A DNA stretch of 59,238 bases, taken from sequence record PQ758388.1; one strand, given 5' to 3'. The notes below the pieces were generated by a model. The model did not search any database, was not told the DNA's origin, and worked only from the letters and a program-made list of their open reading frames with translations. The position numbers and the translations under genes were made by a program. Of the stretch, positions 9,859 through 19,353 are shown piece after piece. Source of the stretch: Pseudomonas phage 5371. Every line of letters begins with the position of its first letter. Position 1 is the first letter of the stretch.

Positions 9859-10637
9859 TGGGGGAAGTCCTTGTGGCGAAGGATCAGCCGGACCCTGTTG
9901 GCCATGGACCAGCCGTAGATTTCGCGTGTGGCCGCGCGACCCGCCATGTGGTGATAGATGAACGGACCCGAGCCGCCCAGCGCTGGAGCCTCTTCACTTC
10001 GCAAGCAAGGATCGGCACCGAGATAGATCGCGGCATGGTTCGGGTGATAACAAGGCCTCCCTGGAGTGGGCACCTGAAACACCAGCATGTCGCCGCGGCG
10101 CAGGTCTTCAACGCGATAGAAACCCGCACTCTCGTAATTGTCCTCGTACAGGCTCGATCCGTCCTTGACCTCCCACCAAAGGTCCTTGCGCTCGAAGTTC
10201 GGCAGCGTCACCCCAGCTTCTCGCTCGTACCAATCCCGGCAGGCGCCCCAACAGTCGAGCAAGCCGTGGGAAAACTCTCGGCCAAGCAACGGTGCACGAT
10301 AACCTGATGGTTTGAACCAGGTCATTTCCCCACCCGGCAGCCCGATGATTCCCCACGGCAATCCGTGAAGCTCACAACTGACCCGGTCGGCCATGCTCGG
10401 GATCGGAGCCTTGTCAGGATGGCTATGGATGACGGCAATTACTTCGCCGCGGTCCTCTGCTGCTGCGTAGTCCCGGTGATCCATGACGAAGTTTTCGCGA
10501 TCACTGACCGCCAGGTTGCCACAAGGCGCGTATTCTCGGCCGCTATCGGTCTTGAGCAATACGCCACACGCCTCGCTCGGGTAGACGGTTTCGGCGTGCG
10601 CCAGGATCTGACACTGCAGCTTTTGACTGATGCGCAT
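9855..10637 (-). CDS. K: tail assembly protein K (JAB/MPN plus NlpC/P60 domains)
   Basis: HSHPDKAPIPSMADR is the JAB metal site; C-terminal Cys/His NlpC/P60-like region. ORF extends to 10733. Confidence 0.8.
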   Translation of the reverse strand: MRISQKLQCQILAHAETVYPSEACGVLLKTDSGREYAPCGNLAVSDRENFVMDHRDYAAAEDRGEVIAVIHSHPDKAPIPSMADRVSCELHGLPWGIIGLPGGEMTWFKPSGYRAPLLGREFSHGLLDCWGACRDWYEREAGVTLPNFERKDLWWEVKDGSSLYEDNYESAGFYRVEDLRRGDMLVFQVPTPGRPCYHPNHAAIYLGADPCLRSEEAPALGGSGPFIYHHMAGRAATREIYGWSMANRVRLILRHKDFPQ

Positions 10638-10639
10638 GC

Positions 10640-11341
10640 TTACCTCGACGAAACGATCAAACTTGCCCCCAAGGAACCGCCGAAGCGGTTGGTGTTGCCG
10701 CGCAGCTTGCAACTGCTCCAGCGGCCGCCACACCGATCGAGAGCCGGGTTATCGGTAGGCTCATCCTTCTTCGTGAAGAGGGCAGCGCCGGTATAGGCGC
10801 AAGCCTCTCCTCGATACTGACCTCGGCACGCCCACCGGCAAAGCTTGGTGATCTGCTGGGCCGGTAGCATCTGCCCCTCCATGTCGATAGGGCTGCTGAG
10901 CGCGAAGGTGACCTGCTCCCGGGTTTCCTCGGTCTTCTGCTCGATGAACCAGATCCCCATCCGAGCCTCGTCGGCTGCATCGGGGTTGCCATCAGGGAAG
11001 TTCGCGGCATCCAGATAGTGCCTCCACGTCTCGATCACCCGCACCCTGGCGCCACAGAGGTCTCGCAACTGAAGGCAGATGGCCGATATCGCTCCTCGTA
11101 TGCCGGCGAGTTCGTTTGCCAGTTGGAGGGTCGGCGACGCGGGTCGACCATCGCCGCGGATATCAAAGCCTTTTGCGGTGATTTGGATCGGCTCGTACAC
11201 ATTGCCCTGCCAGATGATTTCCCCTTCTTGGGCGTGGCCATGGAATCGCCAGAGATTTCCGCCAAGGCGCGTCGCATCCACCTCAAACAGCCGGATCAGG
11301 TTCCCCGGCTCAAGCTTCTGCACATCAGCATTGAAGGCCAT
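10640..11341 (-). CDS. L: minor tail protein L
   Basis: Position and size between M and K; conserved Cys cluster near the C-terminus as in lambda gpL. Confidence 0.7.
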   Translation of the reverse strand: MAFNADVQKLEPGNLIRLFEVDATRLGGNLWRFHGHAQEGEIIWQGNVYEPIQITAKGFDIRGDGRPASPTLQLANELAGIRGAISAICLQLRDLCGARVRVIETWRHYLDAANFPDGNPDAADEARMGIWFIEQKTEETREQVTFALSSPIDMEGQMLPAQQITKLCRWACRGQYRGEACAYTGAALFTKKDEPTDNPALDRCGGRWSSCKLRGNTNRFGGSLGASLIVSSR

Positions 11342-11354
11342 GCGTTCTCCAGAT

Positions 11355-11381
11355 ATGAAAAAGCCCGCGCGAGGCGGGCTG
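11355..11381 (-). terminator. rho-independent terminator immediately upstream of gpL
   Basis: AGCCCGC-GCGAG-GCGGGCT followed on the minus strand by TTTTTC. Confidence 0.35.
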
Positions 11382-11535
11382 GAAGGTTGTACAGCGTGGA
11401 TGAAATGCCAGTGGCAACCGCCCTACCGGGGTAGTAGCGTCGTGCCTTCATGCAAGGGTTTCCCGACCCTGAGCGTGCCGGCCCAGGGATCGGGAGGCGC
11501 CAATGTCGGCGCGGTTAAAGACCTAGGAGGTCAAG

Positions 11536-11778
11536 ATGAGCGAAAAGCCCGTTGTGTCACCCTTCCAACTGAGCGTTATGGCCGCACTATCGGTGGTTGG
11601 CTCAATTCTTGGGTCAACGAACAAAGGGGCCATCGACAAGGTGGTTGAGCATATCGAGACCATCAAATCCAAAATGCCAGCAGATGCCTCCCTCCGCGAC
11701 GGTTCTTCTGAGCACCACCTAGCTCTTGATGCCTTGATTTCAGGGCTGAGGGCTGCCAGCAAGATGGATCAGATCTAA
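11536..11778 (+). CDS. opposite-strand moron, small protein with hydrophobic N-terminus
   Basis: Strong RBS TAGGAGGTCAAG-ATG. Plus-strand gene inside the minus-strand tail operon. Confidence 0.45.
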   Translation: MSEKPVVSPFQLSVMAALSVVGSILGSTNKGAIDKVVEHIETIKSKMPADASLRDGSSEHHLALDALISGLRAASKMDQI

Positions 11779-12008
11779 AGGATCGGCTCAAGCCCGAGAG
11801 CCGCCTCCATCCTCGAAAGCCGGCGCTCGAGCAGGTCGGCTTTTCTTTCTAACTCGTCTGTAAACTCTTTCGGCAGACACAGGCCAGTGACATCAACCGG
11901 CGAGATCGTTGCCTCCGAGACAAGCTTTTCGAAATCTGCACTACCAGGCTGCGGAAGCTCTACCGCCAACTCCAGCTTATCGAGTTTCATCACACTCTCC
12001 CGCGGCAT
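11775..12008 (-). CDS. hypothetical small protein
   Basis: ORF between M and L on the late strand. Confidence 0.3.
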   Translation of the reverse strand: MPRESVMKLDKLELAVELPQPGSADFEKLVSEATISPVDVTGLCLPKEFTDELERKADLLERRLSRMEAALGLEPIL

Positions 12009-12027
12009 AGCCGCTCATGGTTGGTTG

Positions 12028-12375
12028 TTACGGGTAGAAGACCTGAACGAACGTGAAGCTCAGTTCGTACAGCCCTCCACCCAACGGCCTCAGCTTGTAT
12101 CCATTGCACCGGTATCGACCCTGTACGCCGCCAGGGGGCGTCCACAGGAACGACCTATACCCCTCGTGCCGGTCCAGGAAGGCGCGGGCGCCCAGGAGAT
12201 CATCACCAGCCTCCAGGCGCCCGATGATCGTCATTCCATCCCAGGTCTCGGATCTGGTGTTGATCCCCGTTCCGCCGGACTGAACGTATCCATCCCCGAA
12301 GTCGTTCTGCCAGGTGCGCTGGGCAATCTCGCCGGTAGCTCCAAGGCGGGTACAGTAAGAAAAGGTCTCAGCCAC
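12028..12375 (-). CDS. M: minor tail protein M
   Basis: Size and position directly after the tape measure gene; gpM-like sequence. Confidence 0.7.
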   Translation of the reverse strand: MAETFSYCTRLGATGEIAQRTWQNDFGDGYVQSGGTGINTRSETWDGMTIIGRLEAGDDLLGARAFLDRHEGYRSFLWTPPGGVQGRYRCNGYKLRPLGGGLYELSFTFVQVFYP

Positions 12376-15300
12376 TTATCGCCTCCAAAGCAGACCGTTC
12401 TGCCCCAACTCTTCCCGAATGACGCTCCGGACCTCCTCCCGCAAGGCCAGCCCGGCAGCCTCTCCCTGCATTCGAGCTTCCTCTTGGCTCATGCCGGGCT
12501 GGGCATTAACCGTGACCGGAGCGTTGATAGTGATCGACGGCGCCTGTCCAGCCCCAGCACTCGCGCCGCCTTCCCTGCTGAGGAAAGCAGTCAGGTCCCT
12601 GTTTTGATTCGGACTGAGCACCCGCTCACCAGCATCAAGCAGCCAGGTACTCTCCTTCGGGATGTTGTCGATGCCGCCGTGCGCGATGCCCGCGAAGGCC
12701 GCCGAAGAAACTCCAGCAACCATTGGCGCGGTAGCTGCGGCGGCAGCCGCAGCAGCACCAGCAGCCAGGCCAGGGCCAACAATCGGGATGGCAGCCGTCG
12801 AGGCAAAAGCTGCTAGCTGTGCCTGGAACGCCGTTGCCTGAGCATTGGCGACCAGCCCGATTGCCGCAGTCGATTGAGCCGTCTTCCCTACGACCAACTG
12901 CACCGCCTGGTAGACAAGCCACTGGGCGGCCATGTCAGCCAGGGCCTTGATGACCGACTTAGCCAGGTCCGCAGCCATGTCACCGAACGCATCTCCGAGG
13001 CTCTTGGTCCGCGTGACGATATCGGTGATTGCATCGCCCAAGCCGTTGGTAGCATCGCCAAGTGCGCCAGACACGAAGTCAGAGGCCTGCTTCGAGTAAT
13101 TCTGTGCATCCTCCACGTAGGTTTCCCATGCGGAGCGGGCTCCAGACACCCAGTCCCCCTGGGCCTCAAGTCGAGCATCGTAGTTTGCCTGCAACTGCTC
13201 CAGCATTTGCTCATGGTGTTTCTGCTGAGCCTGAAGTTCCTGCTGGTACTCGTCGTCGCTCATCCCGACCGATCTGTCTGCGTAGCGGTCGGCAAGATCC
13301 CTGCGGGCCTTGGCGTAACGGTCATTCTCCTCGTTCAGCTTGTCGAACAGCCCCCTCTGGCTATCGCTCATCCCCATCCCGAGGATTTCGCGTTGCCCTT
13401 CGAGCTTGAGATTGCCCAAGCTCTCGTCCATCGCGGACTTGATCTCTCTGAGCCGCTTCACGAACGGATTAGCCGCGTCCACTGCGGAGTTGAACGACTT
13501 GGCCGCCCAGTCGATTCCCTTCGCATACTCCTGGCTCGTGATCTTTCCCCTGTCCTTCAGGATGTTGAGGGCTTCGATGTTCTTCCTGTACTCGTCCGTC
13601 GCAGTCGCGGTAGGGTCTATCTCCTTCTTGAGGTCCCGATACCGCTCCTCAGCCTGCTTCAGCCCCTTCGCAGAGTCCTTCAACAGGTCCTTCTGGGACT
13701 TGGTCGAGGCATTCGCCTTGTCCACGGCTGCGGCATAGGCCAGGGCGCGCTTTTCATCGTCAGGACTTAGCTTCAGGATGCCAGCGTTGACCTGGGCACG
13801 GAGCTTCTCTACCTCGGTCAGTTTGCCGGCGACAACGCTCTGCTTCTGCAAATTATCCAGATAGCTCGCGCCAGCCTTATCCGAAGCGAACCTTGCACCG
13901 TCCAGTTCTCGCTGTGTCTTCTGGATGGCAAGGCGCAAGGACTCTGCTTTCTCCTTTGCCTCGTCCAGCGAAGGACCAAACGGAACGTCGGTATTGTCGT
14001 CAACGCCCTTCTGGAACCGCTCCTGAAGCGCCTCGGCATCCTTCAATTGATCCTGAAGGCCCGCCAACTGCTGCTTCAACTGCTCATAGCTGAGCCCGGA
14101 AAGATCCTCCGGAATCATCGTCCGAGCGGCCTGACGGATGCGGGTGGAGGCGTCTTCGAAAGCATTGGCCGCACGACCAGCATTACTCTCGGCCTTGTCC
14201 CCGAAATCGACGAAGGACAAGGCTACCATCCCCAGCGAGATGATCAGCCCCGGCCATCCAGCAGCAATCCTGAGAATCCCCGCGCCTGCTGTTCTCAGGG
14301 CATTTAACCCTGCCCCCAAAGCTGTGCTGGCCGCGAACCATCGGCCCATTGCGGCCGTCGAGGCAGTTTGAGTTGCGGTAAGTTGCAAGTTCGCCGCAGA
14401 AAGCGCTTCGGTTGCAGACACTCGCTGAGCAAGGGCTGCGGTAACCGCCTGCGAGCCCGCCACGGAGGTGGCCGTCAATTGCGCCTCGGCAGCCTGAAGC
14501 TGCTTGATGATGGCCGTTTCGGATAGCCGTAACTCGGCCATTCGAGCGACAGACTGCTGTCGGCCAATCTCTGTGATTTGGGCCTTCAGCCGCTGACCTT
14601 CGAGTTCGCGCTCAGCCACAAGCGATGCCTGTACGGCCCGCAAACGAGAGATTTCGGAGGCTTGCCGCTCCCGATCAGCAGCCACCTGTGCACGAGCAGA
14701 AGCCACGGCTTGGCGGGCTCGGTCTAACTCAGCAACGGCCTCGGCCTTGACCGCCTGGGCGCGTCGCACCTCTCCGGCCGCAGCAACCGACGCAGCATAG
14801 GTCTGCTCCTGGGTCGCCTTGGCGTCTGCGATCTTGGCAGCCGTCGCGCTTACCAGAGCGCCAGCAGTACGTCCGATCGCCAGATACAGCCCAGTATTCA
14901 GGACCTGGACGAAGGCCTGTACGCCCGTAGAGTCAAGCGACTTCGACAGGGAAACCATGGCTTCCGTAAAAGCCTTGGACACCCCGAGAGTGCTATCTAG
15001 GCTGCCGATCGCTTTGGTCGCGCTGTTCTCCAACACTTGAAACGCGCCAGCGATAGTGGTCTGGGCGCGCGCAAACTGGTCATCAATAGCGCGTGTTTGA
15101 GACAGGATCGCCTCGAAGACCTGCTTGGAAGTCAGCTTGCCCTGTTCGCCAAGCTTTCGAAGGTCTCCAACCGCAACCCCGAGACCGTTTGCGACGGCTT
15201 GGGCCAGGCCTGGAGCCTGCTCAAGTACCGAGTTCAACTCCTGTCCTCGGAGCACGCCAGAGGCAAAGGCCTGTCCGAGTTGCACCAGCGCACCTTCCGC

Positions 15301-15765
15301 AGCGGCAGCGGAAACACCACTGGCCGACATGGCCTTGCTGATGTTCTGGGTCACCTGGACAACTTGCTGTTGATTTACCCCGAGGTCGCCAGTTGAAGCG
15401 GCAATCCTCTGGTACAGCTCCGCAGTGCCCTCCAAAGATGACCGCGCATTCTGAGCGACGGAATACACTGCATCCATCGACTGACTGAACTGAGCCTGAC
15501 TTTCGCTGACCTGCTTGATGCGGTTCTCAATAGAGACCCAGGCTTGCGAATATCCAACAAGTTCTCGGGCGCTCAGATAAGCAGCCGCCGCAACACCAAT
15601 AGACTTGATAGCGCTAACTGCCGTCGAACTCGCCCGCTGCGTGCTTTGCTCGATCCGCCCCATACTGCGCGCAGTATCCTGGGCTGCACGATTCATGTTC
15701 TGCTGAAATCCCCCAATGCGCGCAATGAGGTCGAGCGTCAGCACACCAAGGGAGCGAGAGGCCAT
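12376..15765 (-). CDS. H: tail tape measure protein
   Basis: 1129 aa, Ala/Gln-rich coiled coil with hydrophobic Gly/Ala-rich C-terminal region; downstream of G/GT. Confidence 0.85.
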   Translation of the reverse strand: MASRSLGVLTLDLIARIGGFQQNMNRAAQDTARSMGRIEQSTQRASSTAVSAIKSIGVAAAAYLSARELVGYSQAWVSIENRIKQVSESQAQFSQSMDAVYSVAQNARSSLEGTAELYQRIAASTGDLGVNQQQVVQVTQNISKAMSASGVSAAAAEGALVQLGQAFASGVLRGQELNSVLEQAPGLAQAVANGLGVAVGDLRKLGEQGKLTSKQVFEAILSQTRAIDDQFARAQTTIAGAFQVLENSATKAIGSLDSTLGVSKAFTEAMVSLSKSLDSTGVQAFVQVLNTGLYLAIGRTAGALVSATAAKIADAKATQEQTYAASVAAAGEVRRAQAVKAEAVAELDRARQAVASARAQVAADRERQASEISRLRAVQASLVAERELEGQRLKAQITEIGRQQSVARMAELRLSETAIIKQLQAAEAQLTATSVAGSQAVTAALAQRVSATEALSAANLQLTATQTASTAAMGRWFAASTALGAGLNALRTAGAGILRIAAGWPGLIISLGMVALSFVDFGDKAESNAGRAANAFEDASTRIRQAARTMIPEDLSGLSYEQLKQQLAGLQDQLKDAEALQERFQKGVDDNTDVPFGPSLDEAKEKAESLRLAIQKTQRELDGARFASDKAGASYLDNLQKQSVVAGKLTEVEKLRAQVNAGILKLSPDDEKRALAYAAAVDKANASTKSQKDLLKDSAKGLKQAEERYRDLKKEIDPTATATDEYRKNIEALNILKDRGKITSQEYAKGIDWAAKSFNSAVDAANPFVKRLREIKSAMDESLGNLKLEGQREILGMGMSDSQRGLFDKLNEENDRYAKARRDLADRYADRSVGMSDDEYQQELQAQQKHHEQMLEQLQANYDARLEAQGDWVSGARSAWETYVEDAQNYSKQASDFVSGALGDATNGLGDAITDIVTRTKSLGDAFGDMAADLAKSVIKALADMAAQWLVYQAVQLVVGKTAQSTAAIGLVANAQATAFQAQLAAFASTAAIPIVGPGLAAGAAAAAAAATAPMVAGVSSAAFAGIAHGGIDNIPKESTWLLDAGERVLSPNQNRDLTAFLSREGGASAGAGQAPSITINAPVTVNAQPGMSQEEARMQGEAAGLALREEVRSVIREELGQNGLLWRR

Positions 15766-15783
15766 TTAGCTTTTCTCCGGACA

Positions 15784-15806
15784 ATAAAAAACCGCCCGAA
15801 GGCGGC
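15784..15806 (-). terminator. rho-independent terminator between the morons and the tape measure gene
   Basis: CCGCC-CGAA-GGCGG followed on the minus strand by TTTTTTATT. Confidence 0.4.
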
Positions 15807-15906
15807 TTGCATAGGGATTTTCTACTTCTTCAGATAATCATCCCCATTGAATATGATTTTCGGCCAATTTTAGTTTGGCCGATGCCAGTACAGACATGCC
15901 CATATC

Positions 15907-16218
15907 TCATATCTCAGACCGACAATGTCGGCATAGCTTAGCCTCCTCTCTGACGGCTTCCGCGCAATATGGGCATTTCTTAAAACCATTCGATATACCG
16001 ACATCCACTGCGGCCTGACGAGACGAGCGTTCAGACGCTTGCTTATCTTCCCCTAGAATAAATATAAGAGGTATGGCGATTATCGGAGCGAAGAAACCAA
16101 AGACAAACCATAGGGCTATACTTCTTCTGCGAGATGCTGCCAGATACGCAGAGATTGACGCCAACCAAACCCCGAAAAACAAAATAGAAACCCAATTATT
16201 ATAAACTTCCTCAAACAT
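15907..16218 (-). CDS. moron: small membrane protein with C-terminal zinc ribbon
   Basis: Two TM segments plus CPYC...CRHC. Markedly AT-rich relative to flanks. Confidence 0.45.
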   Translation of the reverse strand: MFEEVYNNWVSILFFGVWLASISAYLAASRRRSIALWFVFGFFAPIIAIPLIFILGEDKQASERSSRQAAVDVGISNGFKKCPYCAEAVREEAKLCRHCRSEI

Positions 16219-16254
16219 ATCTTACCTGCCGATTAAATCAGAAACTAAAACAGC

Positions 16255-16584
16255 TTACCGACCAAATCTTGCAGGGGATGGAGAGGAACCTGCCCTGCTA
16301 TACCCTGTAACCTTTCCATCTGGACCAAGAATTACCGAAAGCCCCTGGGTTTCTGTGCCAGCCCCCATAAACCCAACATAGGCATACCCCCAGGTAAGTA
16401 CACGGCTCCCATCTGAATTGTATTGTTCCGCCATGGGCTTGCCAAAAATCGAAATCAACTGATCCTGAGTTGTTTGTCCCTGCACAATTCTATCCACCTG
16501 CTCCTGCGTAATCTCTTTTCCACTAGAGGCGCATCCACTTAAAACAGCAGTTAGAACTATTGAAGCAACCAATATATTACGCAT
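16255..16584 (-). CDS. moron: secreted lipoprotein
   Basis: Start at MRNILVASIVLTAVLSGCASS with lipobox LSGC and a GGGAGGG RBS. ORF formally extends to 16671. Confidence 0.55.
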   Translation of the reverse strand: MRNILVASIVLTAVLSGCASSGKEITQEQVDRIVQGQTTQDQLISIFGKPMAEQYNSDGSRVLTWGYAYVGFMGAGTETQGLSVILGPDGKVTGYSRAGSSPSPARFGR

Positions 16585-16681
16585 TAACAACCCTCCCGGT
16601 GGTGATCGCCCGGAATCTAGCACGGAGCCAGCATCCTCGCCAACCGGAGCGCCAGCACAGGAACCCGGCATCCTTGCCAGG

Positions 16682-16948
16682 TCAAACCCATGCGGCCATG
16701 GCTTGCTCGAGCGAGATACCCACCGGCTCTACCGGCCCCCGAACATGGGGGCGGAAGTCGTCGGGTTCGCACTTCACACCCCCTACCTTGGCCTGAATCG
16801 CGGCTAACTGAGCCAGCACCCACTCCAGGCGATAGCTCCCGTTGAGGGAGCCACGCTTTTTCAGGTAGGCAACCCACGCCCTGTACTCATCGTAGTCGAT
16901 GCGCTCCTTCGCCTCGCGAATGGTGCAACCGCCGATGCCGTTCAGCAC
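16682..16948 (-). CDS. T: tail assembly chaperone T segment, C-terminal extension of the G-T -1 frameshift fusion
   Basis: Open -1 frame continuous from the slippery site: KKLTPADEVWHELVLNGIGGCTI... Confidence 0.6.
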   Translation of the reverse strand: MLNGIGGCTIREAKERIDYDEYRAWVAYLKKRGSLNGSYRLEWVLAQLAAIQAKVGGVKCEPDDFRPHVRGPVEPVGISLEQAMAAWV

Positions 16949-16977
16949 GAGTTCATGCCAAACCTCATCGGCGGGCG

Positions 16978-17328
16978 TCAGTTTTTTTCGTCACCCGGCG
17001 CCGTGCCATTTACCTCCGCGACAGCCTGCAAGAGCAGGAAGCCCAACGCAGGGTCGAGGTTGAACGCAGTTTCGTAGGGAATCTCTTCCTCGCCACCCTC
17101 GCCCAGTCTGACGCTCTCAGCCAGGTAACGCGCATTCTGGCTCTTCTTGTCGTCGTCTTGGGCGAACAGGCGTTCCATGGCACCGAAACTGCTGCGTTTG
17201 ATGAACACGTCGAAGGTGTCCGTGACCGCCTTTTTCTTGCCCGGCGGAGTGTGCGTCCAGGTGATGCTTTTCTTCACCAGTCCATCGCCAAGGACCGCGC
17301 CAGCGGCCACCAGATCGGCTAGTTTCAT
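16978..17328 (-). CDS. G: tail assembly chaperone G
   Basis: About 116 aa immediately before the tape measure region; ends ...GDEKN* on a heptanucleotide slippery site. Confidence 0.65.
   Translation of the reverse strand: MKLADLVAAGAVLGDGLVKKSITWTHTPPGKKKAVTDTFDVFIKRSSFGAMERLFAQDDDKKSQNARYLAESVRLGEGGEEEIPYETAFNLDPALGFLLLQAVAEVNGTAPGDEKN
16981..16995 (-). other. programmed -1 ribosomal frameshift site (slippery GAAAAAAAC; GGT GAC GAA AAA AAC TGA)
   Basis: A7 run on the coding strand 3 nt before the gpG stop; the -1 frame is open into the T ORF. Confidence 0.7.
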
Positions 17329-17337
17329 ATCTGCTCC

Positions 17338-17865
17338 TTACGCGGTTTTCGTAATCCACTGCCCTGCGCCAGAGCGCTGGATCGTGGCCTGGGTGGCGAC
17401 CAGGGTGTTGGCTGCAAAATCGAACGGGAAGTCGCTGACGTAACCACGGAAAACGAACCATGTACGCGTCGGCGGAAGATCAAAGTCCCAGTCGCCAGTG
17501 CTGTCTTGATCTGCGGACGGGCTTACACCGACACCATCTGACCAGCCGACAGCAAAGACAATATCCTGGTCACTGTCATCCTCTGAGAGCTGAAAAAGCC
17601 GAACATGGCTCGCATTCCGCGGATCTGCGTTCAGTCCGAGAGTGGCCTGACCAGGGGTGCGCATGCCCTTCTTGTATTTGCGCGAGGTTTCACTCAGGCA
17701 AGGATCCTCGATCTGGTCTGCCGGGTTACCGCCAGGGTTAAACGAGGTTGCGCACTCGATCTCCATCACCGTAAAAGGACCAGATCCAGAGGGGGGCGGA
17801 ACAAGGGCATAGACCTGAGTTCCTTGGGTAAGCATCGACATAGCGTCTTCTCCTGTAGCAAGCAA
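17338..17865 (-). CDS. V: major tail protein
   Basis: 175 aa, position between the tail terminator and the G/GT chaperones. Confidence 0.6.
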   Translation of the reverse strand: MLATGEDAMSMLTQGTQVYALVPPPSGSGPFTVMEIECATSFNPGGNPADQIEDPCLSETSRKYKKGMRTPGQATLGLNADPRNASHVRLFQLSEDDSDQDIVFAVGWSDGVGVSPSADQDSTGDWDFDLPPTRTWFVFRGYVSDFPFDFAANTLVATQATIQRSGAGQWITKTA

Positions 17866-17904
17866 TAAAAACCCGCGCGGTGGCGGGCTGATCGGTTTAG
17901 GTGT

Positions 17905-18273
17905 CTATCGCTGGACTATCCAGTCGATGTCAAAGCTAACTCGGTAGGTCTTGGTTTCAGGGTCAACAGACTCTCCTCCCCAGCGGACTACATAAGCTGA
18001 AAGCTCAATTGCGTCCCTGATGGCCTTTGCTGCATCTCTGGCTTCCGCAGCGGTGGTTGAGAAAATGTCCACCTGGATGGTGAACCCATCGGCGTCAGGG
18101 CGGCCCCACAGGTAGTTCTCCGGCGACCCCGATATGGTCTGCCATGTTGCATACGGTTTGACGACGAGTTGGGGGGCCAGGCCAAACTGGTACATCCTCA
18201 GCGGGGACGCGCCAAGGATCGCAGTAACAGCGGGGCTACTTGAGCAGACCTTAAAGATTGGCGGATGCATCAC
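17905..18273 (-). CDS. tail terminator / tail completion protein (gpU-like)
   Basis: About 120 aa directly upstream of the major tail gene. Confidence 0.45.
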   Translation of the reverse strand: MMHPPIFKVCSSSPAVTAILGASPLRMYQFGLAPQLVVKPYATWQTISGSPENYLWGRPDADGFTIQVDIFSTTAAEARDAAKAIRDAIELSAYVVRWGGESVDPETKTYRVSFDIDWIVQR

Positions 18274-18785
18274 CTTCCCCTTAGAGCCTTGTCTATTTCG
18301 CCATCAAGCTCGGATATGAATTTTTCAGTAACGGGCTCAATGTTTTGAGACAGAGCAGGCCGCATGAAAGGCTTGGCCGGCGAGTACTTGGTGCCTAACT
18401 CCAAGTAGCGCCAGTGTCTGGTGTCGCCACCAGGATTTCCGCTTGCATCCTTGCTGTACTGGTTTCGACCAGCACCACCGCGCACTCCAACCTTCATCAC
18501 CACTCCCCCCTCACGCCGCCCCTGCTTGGCGGACTCTTGAGTGATGATGTTCTTCCAGATTTTCTCTGGTGTTTCGGGATCATCGACAAGTCGCGCCCTT
18601 TCTCGTGCGGCATCTCTGACAATGTTCATCGCCCTGCGGGATGCTTTTCTCAGGCCGTTCTTTTGAAGTCGCGGGCCAAGAGTTCTGAGTTTCTCGAGCA
18701 CGCCTTCAAGCCCGGTGATGTTAAACTCAACGCCGTCAGCCATGGACCCTCCGGAACGCAAAGCTGGTGATGCCTTCTCGGCCAA
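18270..18785 (-). CDS. HK97 gp10-family head-tail protein; likely start MADGVEFN at 18743
   Basis: C-terminal RYLELGTKYSPAKPFMRPA matches the HK97 gp10 family signature. Confidence 0.55.
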   Translation of the reverse strand: MAEKASPALRSGGSMADGVEFNITGLEGVLEKLRTLGPRLQKNGLRKASRRAMNIVRDAARERARLVDDPETPEKIWKNIITQESAKQGRREGGVVMKVGVRGGAGRNQYSKDASGNPGGDTRHWRYLELGTKYSPAKPFMRPALSQNIEPVTEKFISELDGEIDKALRGR

Positions 18786-19353
18786 GGTCGGATTCCGCCT
18801 GGTTCATCTCCACCAGTTCGAAGCCATGCCGCTCGCACCAGGCAACCAGGCCCGGAAGGCTCCAATACCAGCAATGCTCACCCGGCTTGTAATGCTTGGA
18901 GGCCAGGCAGTCAGCCTGATCCTTATAAATCGGCATCGACACGAACAGCCACTCGCCAACGTGGCCCAGCAGTTTCTCCGGCTCCGGGATGTGCTCCAGG
19001 CTGTCCCAGCAGGTCACAGCTTCTGCGTGGTGCTGGTACGGATCGTAATAGCGCTCCTGCGCCCTCAGCCAAGCCACCGCTTCCGGATTCACGTCAAAGC
19101 CCATCGCGCCGGACTCTGTGACGAAACGGCCTCCGCCGATACCGATATCTACCACCTGTCCGGCAAAGTGACGGCGCACCAGATCGATGCGGCACTGAGT
19201 CAGCGCAGCGCCCATCGGGGTAGCGTCAAGCAGCTGGTACTTCTCGAAATACGGCCCGCTATAGTCCATCGGAGGACGCGGGTGGAAGCCCATGCCAAGC
19301 TCTTCAGACCAGAGCAGGCAGTCGGTCAGCCCAGGCGGCAAAGCGTTGGTCAT
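18736..19353 (-). CDS. class I SAM-dependent methyltransferase embedded in the head-tail operon; start possibly the internal Met at 19293
   Basis: Motif I VVDIGIGGGRF plus downstream acidic motif DPYQHH...CWDSLEH. Translationally coupled to neighbours. Confidence 0.6.
   Translation of the reverse strand: MTNALPPGLTDCLLWSEELGMGFHPRPPMDYSGPYFEKYQLLDATPMGAALTQCRIDLVRRHFAGQVVDIGIGGGRFVTESGAMGFDVNPEAVAWLRAQERYYDPYQHHAEAVTCWDSLEHIPEPEKLLGHVGEWLFVSMPIYKDQADCLASKHYKPGEHCWYWSLPGLVAWCERHGFELVEMNQAESDLGREGITSFAFRRVHG

Noticed and set aside
12874-13770. 298-aa plus-strand ORF antisense to the tape measure gene
   Set aside because: Lies inside a confident CDS on the other strand. Leu/Arg-rich composition is typical of antisense frames.
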